64,000 nucleotides of DNA from positions 164,673,928 through 164,737,927 of the forward strand of contig NC_068982.1 of NCBI RefSeq assembly GCF_001194135.2. The letters run 5' to 3'. This document shows, in pieces, positions 53,051 through 64,000 of this stretch. A program made the translations under genes and the position numbers. This DNA comes from Octopus bimaculoides. Lineage: Eukaryota. Below the pieces are notes generated by a model. The model saw only the letters and a list, made by a program, of their open reading frames with translations, searched no databases and was not told the origin of the DNA. The stretch's first letter is position 1, and each line of letters begins with the position of its first letter.

Positions 53051-53799
53051 CGCTCTTCAGTACTGGACTCCTCGTCTGCTAGAGATGGCAATAGCCTCTG
53101 TTCGCAATGTAAACACAACTCAAGCGATGAGGTGTCCAGTACTAACTAAAGAGAGGCAGAAATAGCCCGAACCACACTGGTATGCTGGTCCTGTGGGTAG
53201 AAATTGATAGGGGTTCGTTCCCATGCTCGTAATATATCGGATGCAGCTCTGCATCGTTAACAAACTAGAGGAGATATCCTCTTGGAGTTACAAAATCGCA
53301 GTGAAGTCCGTTCGAACAGAAGAGTCATATTGAAGTGGCTACGAACATTACTTGCTATGTAAATATATAGCCATCCATACATACGCAAACACACGCAAAT
53401 ACACACACTTACACACACACACACAAATACACATACACACTGACACACACATAAACATTGTTAATTATTTGCAAGATCCAACTGAAGCAAGATATTTTGA
53501 AAATAAGAACATTATATAAGAGCCGAGAATAGCACATCTGTTTGTCAGCAATATATATAGATATTCATGCATATATTAATGTATATACAGACTTCAATAT
53601 ACATGCACGTGAAGATATCTCTCTGATCGTCACCGAAATGAAGGTGTCAAAAATTATATTTGATATGAGTGAATCTTAAATGTCAAATTTTGGATTAAAA
53701 GTTTAATTCACCTGAAGAAAACATTGTATTTGATGATGTAATTGATTTGTTCATCAATAAAACAACGCACCTGAAACAGCTGTTGTGAAGCTCAACCCA

Positions 53800-53960
53800 T
53801 CTGTGTTCTTGCTGTATGGTTAGAAGCTTGGCTCCGAACCGCATAGCTCTTGGTTCAGTCCATCTGCGTGACACCTTGGGATATTGTTCTCTACAATAGT
53901 CTCGGGCCGACAAAGCTTTGTAAGTAGATTGGGTCGAAGGAAATTGAAAAAAGCCCGTCA
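53800..53960 (+). mobile_element. tRNA-derived SINE (second family)
   Basis: 'gctgtatggttagaagcttg...ggttcagtcc...caccttggg...ctcgggccgacaaagc...gaaattgaaaaaagcccgtc'. Confidence 0.8.
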
Positions 53961-54454
53961 TATACACACACACAAACACACACACACACACATACATACA
54001 TGCATACATACATACATACATGATGATTGCTTCATCTAGAGAGATGGTAGTCGACCCATCAACACACCCCCACACCCCATCACTCAGTACAATCCCTCCG
54101 TTGAGGAGCCCTTAGATGACTTTTAAGACCAGCTACTGACTGACAGGGTTTAAAATACAAGTGACAGATATTATTCAAGTTTCTTCTATATCTTTGCCTT
54201 TTGGCATCTGATTCTCAAGGAATGTTTTGTTTTTTTTGCACTAACATATGTCTTTTAAGTCCAGATATTGTCTTACAAGGTTTTTGACAATTGACACAAG
54301 TCGTAAGAGGTGGTTGGTGTCCAAGATAATTACCTATCCGGGCATTACGATTTTCATGTGACTTCATGTTTTACGTATCTTGCTTCTGACAACAGAACAC
54401 GGTCACATATAATATAATTACGTATAAAGAAGCGAAACAAACCTCCCACACACA

Positions 54455-54645
54455 CATATGTGCCTGTGTTTGTACCACATCACCGCCTAACAACCAGTGT
54501 TGGTGTGCTTACGTCTCTGTAACTTAGTGATTCGCTAAAGGAAACAGATAAAGTACTAGGCTTAAGAAATGAGTTCTGGGGTTGAGTTGACTAAAACCTT
54601 TCAAGGCAGAGGTCTAGCATGGCCACAATTGAATGACTGAAAAGT
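54455..54645 (+). mobile_element. SINE 3' region
   Basis: 'aagtactaggctt...agcatggcc...aatgactgaaa'. The same tail occurs at 56484-56600 and inverted at ~5213-5270. Confidence 0.7.
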
Positions 54646-54699
54646 GTGCGTGTGTGTGTGTGTGTGTGTATGTTTTTTTCATATTTTATTCCACTTTTT

Positions 54700-56470
<1,771 letters not shown>

Positions 56471-56699
56471 GAGAATGATATAATAAGTACTAGGCTTACA
56501 AAGAGTAAGTCCTGCGGTCATTTTGCACGACTAAAAGCAGTGCTCAGCATGGCCGCAGTCAAATGACTGAAACAAGTAAAAGAATTAAAAAATAAAAGAA
56601 CCTAATTATATATACACCCATCTTAATTTTTGCTGTAACATTTCACTATTCAACTTTGATCATATACTTGGTTCCTCCATTTGGCCGCATTTTTATGAC

Positions 56700-59100
56700 T
56701 TCAACTTTTTTTTTTTGTGGTCATTCATTGATGATTTTGTATTTGTTCTTTGTTTTGTCTTTAACCGTAGTTAAAAATTTGTAACAGCACTGGGTTCCCT
56801 ATCCTCAATTATATTACTTATTCTTCTTAATGTCCAGTAATATATATGTTACTTCATTGTAATATTATTTCATTTGATGCTGTTCTGTGATACGTTTTAT
56901 ACTTAATTTTATACAATTTCTTCATCGTTGCTGGTTATAATCTTGTAAATATAAATACTATTGTGATAATTTTAAATGTAAAGTATTCCTGAACATTTTT
57001 CTTAAGAACATTCTTGGTCGATTTATCGTTCTTTTATATTAATGCAATTATACCAGAACAAATTTTTGGACCCTCTAGTAAACGCAATATATATTGAATA
57101 CGGGAGAATACTGATGTAAGTAAATATAGTGTAATTGTTTCAAATTTCCGGCCTTTCCAATTTGGTATAACTGTTGTCATTGCTAATTAAAATAGAATAC
57201 TGTTTTGTCATTAGTACAGGAAGAAGTTCATCACATCTGGATTGAGCGACTTCTTAGAATAATTACATATTATTATACTGTTGTTTAGCTTCCTCAGTTT
57301 TAGAATACATAGTATATTAATTCTGTTTGATAAACAAGCTGATTAGAGTAAAAAAGTAAAAACACTTTTACATATCACGGACCTACACTTGGATACTTTT
57401 CTATCCTCTGTGAAACACATGGAAATACTACAGCGAGTTATGATTGGTATAACCTGAATAGATTGATGCAAGTGAATCCTCGTGTACAACTTATCGTTTC
57501 TGTAGCCCTACATATGGTTCTAGTGTTGGTTTCCAATATAGTATCTAGTATAATAATTGCAAATTAATTTGTACTAGGCTAATTCTATCTTCAGATAGCA
57601 AAGCAATAAACTTGGTTATCACGAGGAATAAACCTCGAACCTTCTTCAATATGACCATTATTTTGTAAGGCAGTGTGTAGTCAGAATCGTTACCGCGCCG
57701 GTGAAAATGCTTAGCGACATTTCTTCCGACTTTATATCTTGAGTTCAAATGCCGTCGAGGCCGACCTTTTTTTATTTTCCTGTGGATGTCGATAAAATAA
57801 TGAACAGTTGTGCACTTCAGTCAATGTAAACGGCTTAAGCATGCCCCGAAACTGCTGAACTTCTACCAAAATTTGAAACCAATATTACCAGTATCTCTGT
57901 ATTCGTTGTCATTCTTCTGAATCTATCTCTTTAGCAGTAGCTTTGCTTGGGCTAATAGACCATTCTTTAGCATTTTGCATTTCTTGGATCCACATATTGT
58001 TTCTAAGAAGACGCTCTGCAGAATACTCAAGCATAGCCATAAATTAAAACCATAAAAAATTACTCAGGGTTTCTCTTCGGGGTCCAGCACTCATGATCAC
58101 ACAAAGCAATACCCATTATGAACGGAGAAGTTGCTTTCTCTCAACACATTACTTAATGTCGAGGGTGTTGTAAATGCTCTTGAGGAAAAATCGTGGTTTT
58201 TAATATTCGGGGCAAATTAAATTTGAAGGCAATTGATGAAAACCCGTCATGAATTTCACCGGTATACACTATGTAACAATTTCAATTTCTCTACTCCTGA
58301 ATATACACACATACAAACAAATGTGTGTGAATGCGTGTTTGTATATATACGTGTATATACATACATACATACANNNNNNNNNNNNNNNNNNNNNNNNNNN
58401 NNNNNNNNNNNNNNNNNNNNNNNNNNNNNNNNNNNNNNNNNNNNNNNNNNNNNNNNNNNNNNNNNNNNNNNNNNNNNNNNNNNNNNNNNNNNNNNNNNNN
58501 NNNNNNNNNNNNNNNNNNNNNNNNNNNNNNNNNNNNNNNNNNNNNNNNNNNNNNNNNNNNNNNNNNNNNNNNNNNNNNNNNNNNNNNNNNNNNNNNNNNN
58601 NNNNNNNNNNNNNNNNNNNNNNNNNNNNNNNNNNNNNNNNGCTCAGCCTCTAAGGCGTAGGTACATATACTGCAACTTAATACATACTTGATACAAAAAT
58701 TGTGAAAACCATGAATAAATACATCACGTATTAGTTGGAAGACAAGTGACGTTATGGAATAGTATCAAAGCTAAATTGCATTTACATACTAACTGACTTA
58801 GTTAAACCACCAATGTACCTCACAAACTATACTTACAACACGTTTTCACTTTACTTCCTGGCAATTCATAGGTACAGAGAAATATATTCAACTTCTACAT
58901 AATTCAAAAACCATCAGCAACAAAATTTCTCTCCAAACATTATAGTTAATATCTATATCAGTAAAGCTTCTATTTTTGCTTTCCTCAAGAAAGGAAATGA
59001 AACATTTGCTAGCAAACTAACAATATTACCAGAGTTGCATAGAATGCAGTAATGATCTGTACTCTCTCCTATTGTTTTTCACTTGTCCCTAAACAGATAT
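56700..59100 (-). pseudogene. Decayed TLR-like pseudogene candidate, minus strand
   Basis: SGVEKLKLL and GGLTKSVSM are LRR-like. Hydrophobic SVFYFFTLISLF. YSIYIAFT (57100-57077) is box-1-like. SQNSIK*K*YYNE and YILLDI are TIR-like. Confidence 0.35.
57668..57886 (+). mobile_element. Octopus-type SINE, near full length
   Basis: 'cagaatcgttaccgcgccggtgaaaatgcttagcgacatttc...gagttcaaatgccgtcgaggccgac...aaatttgaaaccaata'. Confidence 0.85.
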
Positions 59101-59274
59101 TCCATGCCTCTATAAAGCATACGAATGGCAACATATACAGACGACATCATTCACGCCGGTCATGCACCAAACAGAACTATGTAATTTCTTCAGAATTAAG
59201 TTAATCGCAACCAAATGTGTTCCAAATGTCTGCAGACTTATAGTAACACCTAACACATAATCAGTATGGTGTAC

Positions 59275-59540
59275 TCGACGACGAGTGTTCTGGTTGATTC
59301 GATCAGCGAAACAATATGGTTGTAAAATCAACGTGAATGTGACTGAACACTCCACAGACACACGACCCCTTAATTTAATTCTCAAGGAGATTAACTGTGA
59401 CACAAGACTGGCCAATTGAACTACAGGTACAATCTATTTTTGCAAGTTGAATGGACTGGTGTGGTGTGAAATATAGTGTCTCAGGATTATATGATCGTGA
59501 GCTGAATACACTAACCACTAAATCACGCGCCTTCAAGTTA
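59275..59540 (-). mobile_element. SINE-like element (family of 3487-3640)
   Basis: Reverse strand begins 'gaaggcgcgtgatttagtggttagtgtattcagctcacgatc' (tRNA-like head). Confidence 0.65.
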
Positions 59541-61269
59541 ATCTATTTTCCTCTTAACACGGGACATAAATAGCTACAACATGCGAGCAAAACAAACACA
59601 CCAACATAAACACTACAAAATCAATCAGCATGCACCCCAATATACAGAAAACACAGACACATTGTACGATTCATTTGACAGTAACATCAAAATCAAGTAC
59701 GAGAAAGATCGAACATACAGCACTCTGGAATATCGCTTATGAACAATGTTATAAACAAAAAATATTTACAAACTAATCATAGCATTCAGCATGGATGCTA
59801 TTTTTTACCCACACTGTCTCTGACAAGGCTACAGCACATCCATAATAGTTTGCTCAATCGGTGAGAAAGCGCAGCCAAACTTCAAATCGCACTCTATAGC
59901 CATGCATGAAAAATCGACAAAATAGACATTGGTGTACGAATAACAGTGAGGTGGCAAATGTGATGCTTTTCATCATGTATGTGCTCCATCAGGTCTGACC
60001 TCTTGAAAATAGAGCAACATTAAACAAAACAATAACAAGAGCCGTACAGAAATAGGTTGGACAGCGGAAAAATGTATTATATAGGGTACACTAATCTAAT
60101 GGAGACTAATCCACTCTAACATACCAAAAATTATGCCATAATTCATCACGCTTGTAAAGATACTGCTGCTTGGAGCGGTTTGATATGATATATAGAATAT
60201 GCATGCTCATATAATTTACGGCCTTAGCACTGCATACATATTATGGGAAGTGTACAAAGCTGTGTACCATTTGGCCTGTATTTGTTTACACGTCGATGCT
60301 AACACACATGTAGAAACTAATATTTTTTTCTTTCAGCCGAAAAGAATTGTGATTTAGTTATTGTTGATATAATTACATCACTTCCATAACTCAATTTTAT
60401 CATTCGCCTAATTGTCATGGAAACTTTAACACTCTAGTCCATTATCAAATTAAGAGAAATCAATTAACATTTCTCCAATATTCATTATATACAAGAATTT
60501 TATTGGCACTAGTTTTATACCTAAGCTCTTCGTCGTTTTCTAGTATATTAGTTTTCACTTAGTTCTAAAAACACGAACTAGTGTACAAAATTAGGCTTCT
60601 ATATTCTGATGGGAATTTTGTTCTACTATCACACACACATGCATATACATGCATATATATATGCATATACATGCATTTTACACACACGCGCGCGCGCACA
60701 CACACACACACACACACATGTTCACACGCTCACACATACACTCACACATACACTCGCACATACAAATATATGATGCAAGGTCAATATGTATGAGAGAAAA
60801 CCAGTTGCAGATATTGTCATGAGAGTCACAAATGCTAGATTCGAAGTTCTATTTGTAGGCTCGAAAGACGCAGATTGGCTGAGTTCATCTGGTTTTGTAA
60901 ACAGTATTTAATCATCAGAGTAATGAGAGCGTAGATAAATTACCTTGTGGTTTGCTTCAGCTCTCTGCGCTCTGGATTCCCATTCCCCTTTTGAGGTCGA
61001 GAAATAAACAACCTGTCCTATACAGAGCTCTGTACTTCTCTTCACTTCTTTCTTTCTTTCATTCTTCCGTTCTTTGTTTTTTTTTGTTTATTTCTTTCTT
61101 CCATTCTTTATGTTTAACACTGGAATAATCCATTTCTGTAACATGGAGAGGAATATTTTGTATCAGGTGTATACATGTCTAAAAGCCATCGCATGTCATT
61201 ACGGTCTCCCTACTACTCCATCCGGAATTCAGAATGCAATGAAGGAAGAGGGGCATAATATAGCAACAC

Positions 61270-62050
61270 ATTGATCAACATAAATATAAACAGATAATAA
61301 TGGAAATCAATTAAGATACATATATATAATACGACACATAAGTCAAACGAATTAAGGTATACACAAAGTATAAATCAAAGCAGTTAAGATGCACCATAAA
61401 ATGCGAAGCACCTCTGCTTAAGTTTTTTACATATGTGCTCGAAAAAAAGGGATATCAAACTGAACTTCTCGTTTACACTAGAATAAATTCTACAGAACAG
61501 GGATAGAAAAAGAGGACCGGGTGATTCTACCTTCTATTTATCTTGAATGTATCGTTAAGGGAACAGAAAATTTCTAGCGGTTAAAATCCGACTCATATAT
61601 AATAAATTGCTCACTCACCAAAACATTGTCAACTTTATATAAACAAAGTAACCGGATAGAGAATATTTGCAGAATTAGCTATACGAGTAAAAAGTGATAA
61701 TTATAATGCCATTAGCTATTCAGAAATACAACTGTTTAAGCATATATATACAAATATATTGCTAGCTTAAAACACTATTTAAATATAGTGCCTACATAAA
61801 TTTTAATCGCGCGTAAGAAACAAACGTACAGTATATCCAAACTTTACTTTAATATAAAAGATAAATTTCTTCACTTTTTCCTAAAATATTGACATTGTTG
61901 AATGCAAACATAACGAATGTTCAACTTTTATTAAAACAAAAGGATTAGAACACAAACTTCAAGCTCCATATATTCTCTGTTTGAGTCAGAAAAATATTTG
62001 TCCTTCTTTTGTGTAGTAATGACCTGATTCACTCTTAGGCTACTTTATTA
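61270..62050 (-). pseudogene. LRR-like remnant
   Basis: MLKQLYF*IANGII and FAFNNVNIL..EEIYL. Confidence 0.3.
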
Positions 62051-62099
62051 CAGTGTGTCTATTGTAATCTGTGAATATTTGTGTCTGCGTGCGCGCGTG

Positions 62100-64000
62100 T
62101 GCTTATGAATGTTTGTATCGTTACCTAGTAAGACACGATACATGTATTAATAATATTACCAGATTCATTTGATAAACTCACCATGATGCAAACTTAGATG
62201 TTCAACACGTGTATTTATGGGACTCAACTTAACATAAAGTACGTATTTTAGGAAGCACATGTTGCTCATGAGAGCATTATACATGTTTGAGCGTAGTTGT
62301 ATCAGTGTTTAAAGGAAGTCAACACTTATATTTTTCATCTTATTGACAGTCACGAGATTCGAATGAGATATCGTGCACAAAGTAAAATTTATTCAAAACG
62401 CAAGCGGGAATATATACTTCTTTGTTTAGTGAGTGGGCTTGTTTGTATAAGCCAAACATTCCTTATTTGTTGCACTATATACAGAGTATTTCTAGAGTAT
62501 TGGCTACTGAGTTAGATATGCTTTTCAGCACAATACCAGTGATTGGTATCTTAGATATACTATAAGCATCGTTATCAGTAATGTGTGAATAATTTACTGA
62601 ATAATAATGTATAAAACATGTATAATGAAACTTCGGTTTTACATACACATACATACTTGAAAGCGAAAAGATTTTTCTGTTTAAAGTTTCAATAGGTAAT
62701 GTATATTTATAAACACACATTTACGAACTTCCTTTTGTTGTATAGCGTGTAGCTTATACGAATCTGCAGAGGTTTAGGCAATTAACCCTGGTTATTAGAA
62801 AATTTAATTGCAATAACCTTTGGTCTTGCAATTACTTACTACAGTTGAACATATCCGCGCTTTAAACTTATTCACATTTAGTGACCTGCAACAAACTCCT
62901 AGATAAATTGTTCTAAAGACAATAAATGATAAATTCTATCGTATCTAATTTTCTGAGTCGATCAAATTTTCAAATAATCTGTAAAAAAAAAAACATTATT
63001 TTATACAATACAGTAGTTTTCCTTTTAAATGATCTACTGTTTTTTTTTCTATTTTTATATTACAAGGAAATATTTCAATCGAACCGTGTAAATAGAATCT
63101 GTAACAATTTGATGCAATTTATATTTTATTACTGATGTGTGACTTTTGCGTTTGCCCAGCGCATTAAATCAAATATTTATTATCTTTTGTCGTTACAATA
63201 CAAGGTGAACAACATTGTTGTTTGGAAACTTGATAACGCTCACAAATATAATTTGCTTAATATTTATGAGAAATTCAATTTTATCATTTTTGTTTTCGTA
63301 ATCTTTGAAATATTCATATCAACATGCACATGGCAAATTACTTTAGAGTTCTATCACTATTTTCTTTTCTTCAAAGAATGAAATAAAAATATTAGGAAGA
63401 TGTACATATACAGAGATCCTGATAAATAAAACAGAAAACAACATATTACAGATTTTGTCGAAGTTTTTCAGTCAATGATTTTCATTCTTATTTCCATTTT
63501 ATAACAAATTGTCCATACAGTTATTGGTCGAATAATCCTGAAAATTTCAATAATTTCTGGTGACCTGGAAACAGATGATTTTATAGCTGTGCATCTTATA
63601 TTCTAAACTCAATATCACTTTAGTACTACTAAAATGAAAAAAAAAAAAAAAACTTTTAAATTTCGATTTATAATCAGTCCTCAAGCTTGCAGTATTTTAT
63701 TGAAGGATCCTTCACTAATAGCATACTAATATACTGTTACAGTAATGTATTTTTTTTATTCCTAAAGTGTATTCTTTGCTACATACAGATTTCATATTGT
63801 ACTCACTGAAAATCTAATTCAGAATTCTTTAGATGTTTCCCTAATGGCATGTTAGTATATGAAATTATATTTATTTTTTGATATCAAATTTTCTTTAGAG
63901 GCAGCAAGTCAACTGATTTAATTGATGTAATTTGTATATTACTACTGAATGTTTTATCGCCCCTGAAGTGATGACAGTAAACTGTAAGCCAGCGGGCAAC
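62100..64000 (-). pseudogene. Decayed TLR-like pseudogene C6, 5' part runs off the window end
   Basis: LPAGLQF, ISEGSFNKILQA*GLIINRNL (63719-63657) and FENLI/LRKLD are LRR-like. TM TLLITMLIVYLRY (62584-62546). KYSVY (62491-62477) and SKFASW*VYQ are TIR-like. Confidence 0.55.

Overview
AT-rich eukaryotic DNA, dense in microsatellites, with many N gaps. From memory, the SINE and LINE families match those of octopus/cephalopod genomes; this is an inference. I see no intact protein-coding gene, and nearly all long ORFs in the track are microsatellite or N-gap artefacts. There are two layers. (1) Transposon debris: Tc1 (DD34E), a complete DD37E/TRT-like element, two mariners, a maT/DD37D relic, a deleted Gypsy element nested in a mariner, R4/Dong-type LINE fragments, a Penelope-like RT with a hammerhead-like motif, a MITE and many SINEs. 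(2) The non-TE spacer DNA, translated by eye across stops and frameshifts, repeatedly gives leucine-rich repeat, LRR-CT cysteine, transmembrane and TIR-box motifs in Toll-like receptor order, and several spacers match each other at the DNA level. The window therefore looks like a tandem array of about ten or more decayed, apparently intronless TLR-like pseudogenes. They lie on the + strand up to about 50 kb and on the - strand beyond about 52 kb. Individual copy calls rest on degenerate motifs and need profile-HMM confirmation.
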